Positions 1-10,240 are shown, numbered from the stretch's first letter. The stretch is DNA of 64,000 bases from an uncultured Candidatus Saccharibacteria bacterium (GCA_964557535.1 CAZLAD010000003.1:89671-153670); one strand, 5' to 3'. Translations and numbers: made by a program. The notes: generated by a model from the letters alone, not told the origin.

Positions 1-40
1 CAAATTTCTATGGCGTATTATATATTTTCAAAGTATAATA

Positions 41-2290
41 ATGTTGCAAATGTTTCTTTTTGTTAAAAAATGTAAATATATTTTCTTTTTCATAGTTGGT
101 ATTTTTGTATTTTCTAATCTAGTCTTTGCAAGTTCGATAGAAATTGTCAGTGTCTCATCTAACGAAGAATTGGGAAATGACACAAGCCAGCTCTCAGCCG
201 ATTTTAGAAGACCGATTTCTGCCGATGGTAGGTACGTAGCATTTCAGTCTAAGTCTAGTAATTTAGTTCCGTCTGATACTAACAACACCCGAGATATTTT
301 CGTTCGCGATCGGGAACTTAGGACAACGGAACGCGTGAGTGTAGATAGTCTGGGTGTTGAAGGGAATGGTTTCTCCTCGAATCCATCACTTTCTTCAAAT
401 GGCCGATATGTTGTTTTTGAATCGCTTGCTGACAATTTAGTTCCAAATGATACAAATTCCGCGCAAGATATCTTTATCCACGACCGAGAAACAGGTGTCA
501 CAGAGCGAGTGAGTGTAAATAGTGCCGAAGTAGAATCAAATGACAACTCTCTACTCGCATCTGTGTCTGCCGGTGGTCGCTACGTGGCTTTTCAGTCGAG
601 CGCTACAAATTTGGTTTCAGGCGATACCAATAATTCACACGATGTTTTTGTTCGTGACCGGGAACTTGGGACGACAGAACGAATAAGTATAAGTAATCTA
701 GGGATAGAGGGGAATCGTGATTCCATTTACCCAATGATTTCAGACGACGGTCGTTTCGTGGCCTTTCAATCATTTTCTTCAAATTTGATCGCAGGTACGA
801 TTTCGAGTAATATCTTTGTTTACGATAGGGATTTAAATAGTCTCGAGGTCGTTAGTGTTAGTAGCCTTGGTCAGACAGGGAACGACGTCTCCGAGTTCCC
901 GTTTATTTCTGGTAGTGGTCGTTATGTAGCATTTCAATCTTATGCTACAAATTTGGTTTCAGGCGATAACAATAACGATATAGATTTATTTTTTCACGAT
1001 AGACAGACTGGTGTGACAAAAAAAGTAAGCGTGAACCTTGCGGGCGGAAATTCCGAAGGTGTCTCTGGAAATATTAGTATTTCTTCGAATGGTAAATATA
1101 CAACATTTTGGTCTACTGCGGATAGTTTGATTTTAGAAGACAATAACGACGAGTCTGGCCATTTGGGTGTCATGGCGGTTAATTTTTTCTTGCATAATAC
1201 CGAAACAGGTGAGACACAGATAATTTCTAGAGATGCTCGTCATGGCCTACTTTCTTCTGATGGTAATGCGGTTATTTTTGAAGTAGCTGATTTGCAAATT
1301 GAAGGGGATAATAATGGTTTTTATGACATCGCTATTTTGGTGCTTGATCCAGTTTCGACAGATGATCAATCGGGTTCTGGCTCGATTGGTTTTAGTGTTG
1401 CTGGATGTACCAATCCGTTGGCGGTCAATTACAATCCAAATGCGATTGTCGAAAATGAATCATGTATTTTTGATAATAGTTCACCAGATTTTGAAAGTAA
1501 CATTTTTATACCAGGTAAATTTGAAATAGACGATGGGGGGATAGCAGGGGAGGTTAAGGGATTTGTAAACGAGGTTCGTTCAGACGTTTCGGATGTAGTA
1601 GAAAAATTACCAAAGGGATTTATTAGGAACACTTCGTTTCTAGGGCTCGTTTTTCCGGCCTTGGCGTCTTTTGTTTTACCATCACAGAAAATACTTGGAA
1701 CGGTGTTTCATTTTTTAAACCTGCTTTTAATGATGGTGGGATTTCAGAAGAAGAAAAAGTCCTGGGGAGTGGTTTATGATTCAGCAACAAAAAAGCCAAT
1801 CATTTCTGCCAGTGTTTCTCTCCAAAATAACGAAGGTCAAGAGATTTACACCACAAAAACAGATTTCAAGGGACAATTTAATTTTTCTCCAGAACCAGGA
1901 CAGTACCATCTAGTTGTTAGAAAAGACGGTTATCAGTTTCCGTCAAACAAATTAACCGGCGAATATGATGATGGCAAATACGATAACTTATATTTTAGTG
2001 GAGAATTTAATGTTACAAGTAAAGATGAAATGATTTATAAAAATATCCCGCTAGACGCTATTTCATTTGATTGGTCTCAATACATAAAATCAGAAATTCA
2101 AAAAACGACCAGTTTTCAATTTGCAAAAAATGGATTTTGGCAGGATTTTTCGACCGCTATATTTTTTGTTGGAGGTGTTGCGTCCGTCGTCGCATGTATA
2201 GTTTCTCCGTCAGCGCTCAATCTAACAATTACGGGACTTTATCTGACTTTACTTGTTCTTGGGATGGGCATGAAGACCAAGACGCAGTAA
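41..2290 (+). CDS. Large secreted/membrane-anchored protein: N-terminal signal/TM, ~8 tandem ~47-aa beta-propeller blade-like repeats (S.DGRYVAFQS..NLV..DTN...DIFVRDRE.G.TERVSV), one Cys-bracketed GCTNPLAVNYNPNAIVENESC repeat, C-terminal TM-KKKK-CarbopepD_reg-like domain-2xTM anchor
   Basis: Repeat motif read from the translation; C-terminal module is homologous to the C-terminus of ORF 4486..8310. Confidence 0.6.
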   Translation: MLQMFLFVKKCKYIFFFIVGIFVFSNLVFASSIEIVSVSSNEELGNDTSQLSADFRRPISADGRYVAFQSKSSNLVPSDTNNTRDIFVRDRELRTTERVSVDSLGVEGNGFSSNPSLSSNGRYVVFESLADNLVPNDTNSAQDIFIHDRETGVTERVSVNSAEVESNDNSLLASVSAGGRYVAFQSSATNLVSGDTNNSHDVFVRDRELGTTERISISNLGIEGNRDSIYPMISDDGRFVAFQSFSSNLIAGTISSNIFVYDRDLNSLEVVSVSSLGQTGNDVSEFPFISGSGRYVAFQSYATNLVSGDNNNDIDLFFHDRQTGVTKKVSVNLAGGNSEGVSGNISISSNGKYTTFWSTADSLILEDNNDESGHLGVMAVNFFLHNTETGETQIISRDARHGLLSSDGNAVIFEVADLQIEGDNNGFYDIAILVLDPVSTDDQSGSGSIGFSVAGCTNPLAVNYNPNAIVENESCIFDNSSPDFESNIFIPGKFEIDDGGIAGEVKGFVNEVRSDVSDVVEKLPKGFIRNTSFLGLVFPALASFVLPSQKILGTVFHFLNLLLMMVGFQKKKKSWGVVYDSATKKPIISASVSLQNNEGQEIYTTKTDFKGQFNFSPEPGQYHLVVRKDGYQFPSNKLTGEYDDGKYDNLYFSGEFNVTSKDEMIYKNIPLDAISFDWSQYIKSEIQKTTSFQFAKNGFWQDFSTAIFFVGGVASVVACIVSPSALNLTITGLYLTLLVLGMGMKTKTQ

Positions 2291-2299
2291 AGTGAAATC

Positions 2300-2330
2300 A
2301 AAAGGCGCAACCAGAGGTTGCGCCTTTTGA
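2300..2330. terminator. Bidirectional rho-independent terminator between convergent genes (aaaaggcgcaacc aga ggttgcgcctttt)
   Basis: Perfect GC-rich hairpin flanked by A-run and T-run. Confidence 0.6.
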
Positions 2331-2334
2331 TTTT

Positions 2335-4395
2335 TTATCTTTTCGATTCTATTTCAGTACTCGCTACACTTTCTTCTGTTGAATCAGATGTCTTTGGTAT
2401 TTTAGGGAGCGAATCCAAAACTGTTGCAGTTTGTGAGGACTTGGCCTTTTCTACCATTTCTGGCGACTTGGTAATTTCGGAAGTTTTCATTTTTTCCGAT
2501 TCGAGTCGGATTGGTCTCTTGTTCGTATTAACGAGAGCGATCGGCTTTCTTGGTTTTACTACGACATTTGGATTGATCCAGTTTGTAGTAACAGAATTTG
2601 ATAGAGCAGGAGCAGATTCTCCGGCGGAATTTACTGCCACAACAGAAAATGTATAGGTCGTGTTGTTAGAAAGTCCTGCAACGGTGATAGGGCTTGTTGT
2701 TCCGTTAAATACGATATTTCCTGGAATCGAAGTCACTATGTAATTTGTAGCAACAGGGCCACCATTTGGGATGGTAAATGATACGACGGCTGTTCCGCTT
2801 ACACTACCGAGTGTTGCCGTGACAGACGTTGGGGCAGATGGTACAGACAGAGCTTGAACAATTTGTTCATCGAAAGTAAGCGCCCAGTTATGGAGATAGT
2901 TGCCCATGTATGCTGGTACGTTGGAGTCTTGGTAGGTGGCTTCTGTCATATCGCTGTCGCGAAGGTTTCCACGAGCAGAGCCTGGCCACTGAGATCCTGA
3001 CATAGATGCTGGTTCTCCTGTGTAAGCGTATCGAAGTCTTTGGTTGTTTCCCGTTGGCGTTGTATTCAGTGTGATTTTTACCGTATCTCCTGAAATTATT
3101 TCTACGTCAGTAATGGTTGCGGAGTTTGTATCGTCGGCATATTCAAAACCATAGTTTGCCTTTGCCAAGACAGCTGTTGTGTCAAATGCAAGTGGTGGAA
3201 CGGGTACATGGAACCGCGCCAGGATTTCATTCCCAGAAATTGTTATTTCTTCCGGCATGAGAGGCTTCCACTCTTCGCCATCAATGACTACTTTTTTATA
3301 TACTTTTGCATAGTATTCACCGAGTCTTCGAGTACTGTAATTTCGAAGGTGGTAGCCGTCGAAATAGTCGAGCATATATTTTGGTGCAACCATAATTATG
3401 TTGTCTGGGTTATTTTTGGCTGCATTGTATTGTCCTATCGCAATTCTGGGTGTCGCAAAGTTAAAACGTGTCCAAGAACTCATTTGATCTGTAAACATTA
3501 GTACTGACTCACTTTGTCCAGTGATAGCTTGGATGTCGCTTTCGTAGTCTTGTTGCCATTCGACGAGGTATTCCTCATATTGTTCTGCGGTGGTATTCCA
3601 GAGCTCGTCTGTCTCTCCATGGATAACCGTAAACGCTGGCACGACAAGTGTTTTATTGTTTGAAAACAAAGAAATTGATTTTGATGAAGCAATGGTATTG
3701 AGAGCGTTTTCATATGCTGGTGTCCCTTGCTTGATTTCTAAATAGGATGCCGCGTTTTGCGCGTGCATACTAAAAATTGTTGAATAATTAGGACTAAAAT
3801 AAGACGAAATACTGTTGGCCATGGAACTCGACATTGTCTCTGTTCCCGGCATTCCACCGTAAATCGTTTCTTGGAGAGGTGAAAAAGAAGATCCTCCAAC
3901 GGAGAGCATTTTATTGTAATATGGCTGGGTCGTTGTGAGGGCAGGGAAAGAATTGTAACCAGTCGCCAAACTTTGGCCGGTTGAGATGATGTGATTGTTC
4001 GAAGAATTATAGATCCATTCGTGAGAAGGTTCTACCGTGATGATATTTGATGGCGTGCTTGTTTCGCTTCCAGAGATAGTCGAAACCCTAAAATCATACG
4101 ATGTTCCATTGGTGAGATTTGGAATAGTTATTCCAGAAGTGGTTGATTGTTCGTGTGGAAAAATACTCCAAACACTGCCTTGTGTTGGTTTGTATTCAAT
4201 CAGGTAGTTCGTTGCCTGGGGAACATCTATCCATTGCAAAAATACGGCACTGTTTTTTGAATCTCCAACCAAAAGAGACGGTGGTAAAGTGTCCGCTAAA
4301 ACGGGGCTTGTAACAGCAAAAGAAAGGATAATTGCCAGAGTTAAGAATATTTTTTTCATTGCTTTCATCATAACAGATTGAGGACTATTTGTCAA
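2335..4395 (-). CDS. Secreted protein with N- and C-terminal fibronectin-III-like domains flanking an uncharacterised ~400-aa central domain. The true start is probably the internal MKAMKK Met near 4368, which gives a signal peptide
   Basis: Signal peptide MKKIFLTLAIILSFAVTSPVLA; FN3-like segments (..TNGTSYDFRVSTISGSETS.. and ..NNTTYTFSVVAVNSAGES..). Confidence 0.55.
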   Translation of the reverse strand: MTNSPQSVMMKAMKKIFLTLAIILSFAVTSPVLADTLPPSLLVGDSKNSAVFLQWIDVPQATNYLIEYKPTQGSVWSIFPHEQSTTSGITIPNLTNGTSYDFRVSTISGSETSTPSNIITVEPSHEWIYNSSNNHIISTGQSLATGYNSFPALTTTQPYYNKMLSVGGSSFSPLQETIYGGMPGTETMSSSMANSISSYFSPNYSTIFSMHAQNAASYLEIKQGTPAYENALNTIASSKSISLFSNNKTLVVPAFTVIHGETDELWNTTAEQYEEYLVEWQQDYESDIQAITGQSESVLMFTDQMSSWTRFNFATPRIAIGQYNAAKNNPDNIIMVAPKYMLDYFDGYHLRNYSTRRLGEYYAKVYKKVVIDGEEWKPLMPEEITISGNEILARFHVPVPPLAFDTTAVLAKANYGFEYADDTNSATITDVEIISGDTVKITLNTTPTGNNQRLRYAYTGEPASMSGSQWPGSARGNLRDSDMTEATYQDSNVPAYMGNYLHNWALTFDEQIVQALSVPSAPTSVTATLGSVSGTAVVSFTIPNGGPVATNYIVTSIPGNIVFNGTTSPITVAGLSNNTTYTFSVVAVNSAGESAPALSNSVTTNWINPNVVVKPRKPIALVNTNKRPIRLESEKMKTSEITKSPEMVEKAKSSQTATVLDSLPKIPKTSDSTEESVASTEIESKR

Positions 4396-4485
4396 TAGAT
4401 AATAATCCCATTACTACTCTTAATTCTAACACATTTTCTTCGGTATATTCTCTAGTTTCTGTTAAAATATAGAAGATAACTCCGT

Positions 4486-7400
4486 ATGCTTAATTTATCC
4501 CTAAAAAGGACCATATTCGTGAGGCTTTTTGTAATGGCCTTTTTAGTACTATTTGTTTTCTCTCATCACAAAGACGCAATACTCCTGTTGGCAGCATCAC
4601 CAACGGTAACAACTAGTGCAGCTTCCTCTGTTGCTAAAACAACCGCAACATTAAACGGAAGTATTTCCGATAACGGGGGAGAAAATGTCACAGAAGTTGG
4701 GTTTGAGTACGGACTCTCGGCAAGTTATGGTTCATCCACAACGACAACCAGTTCTTATACGTACAATTCTCACTTTGGTTCATCTGGTTCAGGGGACGGA
4801 CAGTTTAGTAGTCCCAATGATATCGAAATCGATTCTTTTGGGAATATTTTTGTAGTTGATAATGTAAACAATCGTATCCAAAAGTTTAATTCATCCGGAG
4901 TGTACGTCTCCCAGTTTGGTTCATCTGGTTCCGGCGACGGACAATTTAATCTAATAGGAGGCTTGGTAATTGATTCTTCTGACAATGTTTATGTTACAGA
5001 TTTTAATAATCACCGCGTTCAAAAGTTTAATTCATCCGGAGTGTACGTATCCCAGTTTGGTTCATCTGGTTCCGGCAACGGACAATTTAATCAACCTTTC
5101 GGGATAGAAATTGATTCTCTTGGAGACATATATGTTGCTGATTTTAATAATGACCGCATCCAAAAGTTTAATTCATCTGGAGTGTACGTCTCCCAGTTTG
5201 GTTCATCTGGTTCCGGCGACGGACAATTTAATTCTCCGACAGATCTTGTTTTTGATTCGTCTGGAAATATCTATGTTACCGACACGGGGAACAATCGCGT
5301 TCAAAAGTTTAATTCATCCGGAGTGTACGTCTCCCAGTTTGGTTCATCTGGTTCCGGCGACGGACAATTTAATTCTCCGACAGATCTTGTTTTTGATTCG
5401 TCTGGAAATATCTATGTTACCGACACGGGGAACAATCGCGTTCAAAAGTTTAATTCATCCGGAGTGTACGTCTCCCAGTTTGGTTCATCTGGTTTAGGTA
5501 ACGGGCAATTTAGTCAACCAACAGGTATAAAACTTGATTCGTCTGGAAATATTTACGTTTCTGAATTAACTGGCGGAAAACGTGTTCAAAAATTTAATTT
5601 ACGAATCGACCCAACTCAAATCACTGGTCTTACGTGTGGGACGACGTATCATTTCCGTGCCTATGCCGAAAATGCAGATGGAACGTCGTACGGAGATGAC
5701 ACAACCTTTACGACATTGACCTGTGAACCACCAGAAGTTGACACGGTCAGTGCGACAAGCGTCTCCCAAACAACAGCCACATTAAATGGCCTCTATGTCG
5801 ACATGCCGGTTGTGCCTGGACTTACTAGGGGTTTTCAGTACGGTCCTACAACTAGTTATGGTCAATCTGTTTCTGAAAATGGCAACGAATATGTCTCCCA
5901 GTTTGGTTCATCTGGTTCCGGTAATGGCCAATTTAATGCGCCCCAAAGTCTAGTTATTGGATCTTCGGGGGCTATATATGTTGCTGACACAGGGAATAAC
6001 CGCGTTCAAAAATTTGATTCGAGTGGAAATTGGATTCTCAATATTACAGGTAACAGTGGGGCATTTAGCTCTCCTTCGAGCGTCTATGTTGATGCTAGTG
6101 AAAATGTCTATGTCTCTGACACGGGGAACAACCGCGTTCAAAAATTTGATTCGAGTGGGAATTTTCTATTAGAAATCGGTACCGGACTTTTTGGAGCAAC
6201 TTTTACTGTGGCGGTAGATGCAAGTGGAAATATCTACGTTGCCGATGTTGATGCCAACAGAATTGCCAAGTTTGATTCTTCCGGAAATTATCCATCTGAT
6301 TTTGCTTCCGGAGAAGTGTCGGTGCCGTATTCGATAGATTTTGATTCTAGTGGTAACGTCTATGTTGCTGACGCTGGTTTTACTTCTATTCGAGTTTTTA
6401 ATTCTGCGGGGACACTTATGACTGATTTGGCTACCGGGCAGTTTGGTTCGATTTTTTATGCGGATGTTGATAGTCATGATCATCTATATGTTGTTGATCA
6501 AGATAACGTCAGGATTTTGAAATACAATACTTCTGGTACACTTCTGTACGAACTTGGAGGAGTAAGCGGTACGGGTAACGGAGAGCTTTCTTTGCCTTAT
6601 GGTGTTACTGCAGATTCCAGTGATAACATCTATGTGGCCGATTCTGGCAATCATCGTATTCAAAAATTTAGTTTAGATTTTTCCCTCCCGATTTCTTCTT
6701 TAGGATGCAGTGACACGTATCACTACCGTGCATTTGCGACCAATGCCGATGGTACTGGATACGGGGAGGATATGATTTTCACCGCAGGTAATTGTCCTCC
6801 AACGGGTGGCGGAGGTGACAACGATGGTTGTACAGATCCAACAGCTGATAATTATGACCCCGATGCTGAGAATGATGATGGTTCGTGTGAATTTTGGGGA
6901 TGTATGGATCGCGATGCAACAAACTTTGATCCAACCGCGAATGTCCCCGTCAATGATTACTGTATCTATACCCCCGGCGCATTTCCCGGTTGTACTGACA
7001 TTCTTGCGACGAATCATGATCCAAACGCAACAGTTGATGATGGATCTTGTCTGTATGGAGTTTTTGGTTGCATGGACACAACGGCAACAAATTATAATTC
7101 AAGCGCAGTGTACAGTGATGGGTCTTGTGAATATGACGGTGGTCCAATTACGACACTCGGTTGTATGGATTCCGGTGCGCTAAACTTTAATCCTTCTGCA
7201 AATGTTGACGATGGGTCTTGTGATTTTCCAGACCCACTCGTATATGGCTGTACAGATGTAAGTGCATCCAATTTCAATCCATCTGCAAATGAAGACAATG
7301 GCTCATGTTCGTATATCAATCCTGATAATCCAGGAATTGGTCAAACTATCTCGCACATTTCTCAATTTATCGGAAATTTACCAGAAGTCGTAACTATTCC

Positions 7401-8310
7401 AATTGTTGCTGTTGGGGTGGTGGCTCCAAGTCTTTTGCTTAATTTCTTGCAACCGGGTCTCATCGCTGGAGCACTCATCCGTCTTTGGAATCTTATCCCA
7501 ATCCTCATGGGTTACAGGCGAAAGAAGCGTCCATGGGGCACCGTGTATGATTCTGTAACCAAGCAACCACTAGACCCTGTTTATGTAAAACTTCTTGATC
7601 AAAACGGACAAGAAAGAGGAACATCTATTACCGATCTTGACGGTCGATACGGATTTCTTGCAGAGGCTGGCACGTATACACTTTCTGCTAACAAAGACAA
7701 TTATATTTTCCCTTCGACAAAACTTTCTGGCAAAAGTGAAGACGAACTGTATCACAATCTGTATTTTGGCGGACCGGTAGAGCTTGCCGAAAAAGAGGGA
7801 GTAATTTACAAAAACATTCCGATGGATGCTATCAATTTCAACTGGAATGAATTTGCAAAAGCAGAAAATAAAAAATTGATGAAGTTTTATTCTAAGCGTG
7901 ATTTGTTTTTTGCCCGTATCGCGAATACTTTATTCATTGCTGGATTTGTTTCTTCGGTAATTCTTTTCCTTACCAATATGTCGACACTCAACAGTATTAT
8001 TTTGGGACTCTATGTTTTGATCCTTGTCTTGAGATTTTTTGGTATCAAGCCAAAACAAAGTGGCTACGCTTTTGATGTTGATGGCACACCACTATCGTTT
8101 GGAATACTCCGACTCTTTTCTGTCGAGCTTGGTAGGGAAGTCGCTCATACTGTAGTCGGTAAAACTGGCCGATACTATATGCTTACTCCAAACGGAGAAT
8201 ACTATCTAAAGGTTAGCAAGAAAACGGGAGAAGACTCATATGAGGAAGTTCTAACTACAGGGGCGTTTCGGGTGAAAGGAGGGTATGTTAATGAAAAAAT
8301 TAGTCTATAA
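4486..8310 (+). CDS. Giant surface protein: signal peptide, >12 NHL-type beta-propeller repeats (NNRVQKFNSSGVYVSQFGSSGSGDGQFNSP), FN3-like domains, seven Cys-bracketed 22-aa repeats (GC[TM]D..A.N[YFH][DN]P.A..DDGSC.[YF]), C-terminal TM-RRKKR-CarbopepD_reg-like-2xTM anchor plus a second CarbopepD-like domain
   Basis: Repeat motifs read directly from the translation; homologous C-terminal module to ORF 41..2290. Confidence 0.65.
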   Translation: MLNLSLKRTIFVRLFVMAFLVLFVFSHHKDAILLLAASPTVTTSAASSVAKTTATLNGSISDNGGENVTEVGFEYGLSASYGSSTTTTSSYTYNSHFGSSGSGDGQFSSPNDIEIDSFGNIFVVDNVNNRIQKFNSSGVYVSQFGSSGSGDGQFNLIGGLVIDSSDNVYVTDFNNHRVQKFNSSGVYVSQFGSSGSGNGQFNQPFGIEIDSLGDIYVADFNNDRIQKFNSSGVYVSQFGSSGSGDGQFNSPTDLVFDSSGNIYVTDTGNNRVQKFNSSGVYVSQFGSSGSGDGQFNSPTDLVFDSSGNIYVTDTGNNRVQKFNSSGVYVSQFGSSGLGNGQFSQPTGIKLDSSGNIYVSELTGGKRVQKFNLRIDPTQITGLTCGTTYHFRAYAENADGTSYGDDTTFTTLTCEPPEVDTVSATSVSQTTATLNGLYVDMPVVPGLTRGFQYGPTTSYGQSVSENGNEYVSQFGSSGSGNGQFNAPQSLVIGSSGAIYVADTGNNRVQKFDSSGNWILNITGNSGAFSSPSSVYVDASENVYVSDTGNNRVQKFDSSGNFLLEIGTGLFGATFTVAVDASGNIYVADVDANRIAKFDSSGNYPSDFASGEVSVPYSIDFDSSGNVYVADAGFTSIRVFNSAGTLMTDLATGQFGSIFYADVDSHDHLYVVDQDNVRILKYNTSGTLLYELGGVSGTGNGELSLPYGVTADSSDNIYVADSGNHRIQKFSLDFSLPISSLGCSDTYHYRAFATNADGTGYGEDMIFTAGNCPPTGGGGDNDGCTDPTADNYDPDAENDDGSCEFWGCMDRDATNFDPTANVPVNDYCIYTPGAFPGCTDILATNHDPNATVDDGSCLYGVFGCMDTTATNYNSSAVYSDGSCEYDGGPITTLGCMDSGALNFNPSANVDDGSCDFPDPLVYGCTDVSASNFNPSANEDNGSCSYINPDNPGIGQTISHISQFIGNLPEVVTIPIVAVGVVAPSLLLNFLQPGLIAGALIRLWNLIPILMGYRRKKRPWGTVYDSVTKQPLDPVYVKLLDQNGQERGTSITDLDGRYGFLAEAGTYTLSANKDNYIFPSTKLSGKSEDELYHNLYFGGPVELAEKEGVIYKNIPMDAINFNWNEFAKAENKKLMKFYSKRDLFFARIANTLFIAGFVSSVILFLTNMSTLNSIILGLYVLILVLRFFGIKPKQSGYAFDVDGTPLSFGILRLFSVELGREVAHTVVGKTGRYYMLTPNGEYYLKVSKKTGEDSYEEVLTTGAFRVKGGYVNEKISL
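4780..5500 (+). repeat. Tandem 141-nt (47-aa NHL unit) nucleotide-level repeats inside the CDS. Two adjacent units (5220-5352 and 5361-5493) are identical
   Basis: Direct comparison of the sequence lines: identical runs with period 141. Confidence 0.75.
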
Positions 8311-8422
8311 GTAGCCCTAGAAATATCTGGGGAAAACCTTGACTTTTGCGTACAGAAATGGTATAAACTAGACCAACGTTCATTGAAACGTTCACAATCA
8401 CAAAAACCCAAAACCCACCATC

Positions 8423-10192
8423 ATGAAGAGTCTTCTTTTCGCCGTTGTTGCGGCATTGTCCACTAGCTGGGCAATGGCTCAGCAGTTCCACTTGGATCCG
8501 GCGATCGGAAGCCATCTATTGGTGGTGAGATCGACGGAAGAAATATCCGGCGGTCATATCATTGTCGTCGGAACCGCAAGTAATCGCGCGGTAATAGCGC
8601 GGACTACTCCTTTGGGAGCGCTCGTCTGGACGAAGAACTGTGATCTGTCTTCCGAGTTCTGGTCGTGTGCCAAAACCACGGACGGCAACATCGTTGCCGT
8701 TGGCGTTCAATACCAAACAGGTGTGATCGCCAAATTCGATACGGACGGAAACGTTGTTTGGACGAAGACGGTTTCAACGCCCGACTCAACCATCACACTG
8801 CGTTCTGTTGTTGTCGTTAATGGCAATATCTACGTTGTTGGTGACAAATGGAAGTCATCACAACGAAGAGAGGTTCTGATCGGCCTCGATCAATCGGGCA
8901 ATATATTTTTGGCGAAGGAGTTGCAAAGCTCTGTAAACCAGATTGGTGCACGAAAAATCTTCCACCACAACAACCACTTGTTTGTGTTGGGGGATGGTCG
9001 GAATGGTTCGATCAAGGCCATGGCCATTGCGAAGTACACCCTTACCGGTGCGCTCGTTGCATACACGACCTTCGGCGGTTTTGGCCCAGATGATTACTTC
9101 CTTGACGCAGCGATGTATCAGGGCGGGACCGTTATGGCCTATCGAAACCTAAACGACATGGACAAGGTTCTGCTTGTAAGAGTAGACGAAAACCTTGGAC
9201 TTGTTGGATCGCCGATGGCTGTAAGCTCAAACTTCGCTGGAGATAACTGGGCCATGACTTCGGCCAGGCTCGGTACTTCTTCTGCTGGAGAACTTTACCT
9301 CTCTGGAGGGATGACCGGAAACAGTTACAACTGTGTTGGCTTGATGAAGATCTCATCAGCCTTCGCTCCGGTCTGGGGACAGAAGAATCTGTTTGGTAAG
9401 TTGCCAGCAGAAACGTCTGTTCTCGAGCTCTCCTCTGGAGATCTGTTGTGGAGCAAAACCCACAACGGAACCATGTTTGGGTCTGTGGCGGGTGCCAGGA
9501 TCTCGACAGTGTCCGCCCTGTCTGGAAGTCAAACAACCAGCTCTTACTGCGAGTCCATGACTCCGTTTGGGTTTGTGCTGTCGCCGGACATGGGTCCGTT
9601 TCCAGTAACTCCTCAAACGAGGATGGCGAACAACCTCAATTTGATTGAGGGGGTGCTCGGGTTTTCAAGCGCTACGCTTGGAGCGAATTCGTGCGGAGGA
9701 CTTCTGCCGGTTGAAATGCTTTCTTTTACAGGACAGCAAATTGACCAGACGGTTGGACTTCGCTGGGCTACAGGAAGCGAGCGTAACAATAGTCACTTCG
9801 ACGTGATGCGTTCGCGTGATGGTCTGGAGTGGAAAGAGATTGGACGAGTTGTCGGCAACGGCAACACCGTGACTCTAAGCGAGTATCAGTTTGTGGACGA
9901 GCATCCTTTCGAGGGTGTGAGTTATTACAAACTTGTCCAAGTGGATTACGACGGACAAACTGACTCGTCAGAGATGGTCGCGGTGGAGTTTACCTCCAAG
10001 CTCGTGGTTTATCCAAACCCACTTAATCGCGGAGAAATTTTGCGAGGCGTGGGGATGGAACCTTTCCAGATTTTCGATGGCGCCGGACGAGTAGTCTGGG
10101 AGGCTGTCGGAGAGACGGAAATAGATTTGCCTTCGGGTGCTTACACCCTGAGGACGAATTCGGGTCTCGCGACCCGAGTCATTGTGAACTAA
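8423..10192 (+). CDS. Secreted protein with a Bacteroidetes-type T9SS (Por) C-terminal sorting domain; lies in a GC-rich island
   Basis: Signal peptide MKSLLFAVVAALSTSWAMAQ; C-terminus VVYPNPLNRGEILRGV..IFDGAGRVVW..IDLPSGAYTLRT..TRVIV matches the Por_Secre_tail pattern (YPNP / DxxGRxV / LxxGxY); G+C visibly higher than flanks. Confidence 0.6.
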   Translation: MKSLLFAVVAALSTSWAMAQQFHLDPAIGSHLLVVRSTEEISGGHIIVVGTASNRAVIARTTPLGALVWTKNCDLSSEFWSCAKTTDGNIVAVGVQYQTGVIAKFDTDGNVVWTKTVSTPDSTITLRSVVVVNGNIYVVGDKWKSSQRREVLIGLDQSGNIFLAKELQSSVNQIGARKIFHHNNHLFVLGDGRNGSIKAMAIAKYTLTGALVAYTTFGGFGPDDYFLDAAMYQGGTVMAYRNLNDMDKVLLVRVDENLGLVGSPMAVSSNFAGDNWAMTSARLGTSSAGELYLSGGMTGNSYNCVGLMKISSAFAPVWGQKNLFGKLPAETSVLELSSGDLLWSKTHNGTMFGSVAGARISTVSALSGSQTTSSYCESMTPFGFVLSPDMGPFPVTPQTRMANNLNLIEGVLGFSSATLGANSCGGLLPVEMLSFTGQQIDQTVGLRWATGSERNNSHFDVMRSRDGLEWKEIGRVVGNGNTVTLSEYQFVDEHPFEGVSYYKLVQVDYDGQTDSSEMVAVEFTSKLVVYPNPLNRGEILRGVGMEPFQIFDGAGRVVWEAVGETEIDLPSGAYTLRTNSGLATRVIVN

Positions 10193-10204
10193 GGTCCCTC
10201 GGGA

Positions 10205-10240
10205 CCGAAATGGGGGCCCGCTTCGGCGGGCCTTTTCATT
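10205..10240 (+). terminator. Two GC-rich hairpins after the T9SS-CTD gene, the second with a UUCG loop (gggcccgc ttcg gcgggcc)
   Basis: Perfect stems. Confidence 0.5.

Noticed and set aside
5111-5497. Overlapping or antisense ORFs in the track (e.g. 5111..5497, 244..546, 6700..7017, 12510..13040, 19073..19511, 30192..30950, 47664..48394, 53558..54425)
   Set aside because: They lie inside or antisense to well-supported longer genes, have low-complexity or repeat-derived translations, and have no independent signals. Judged spurious.
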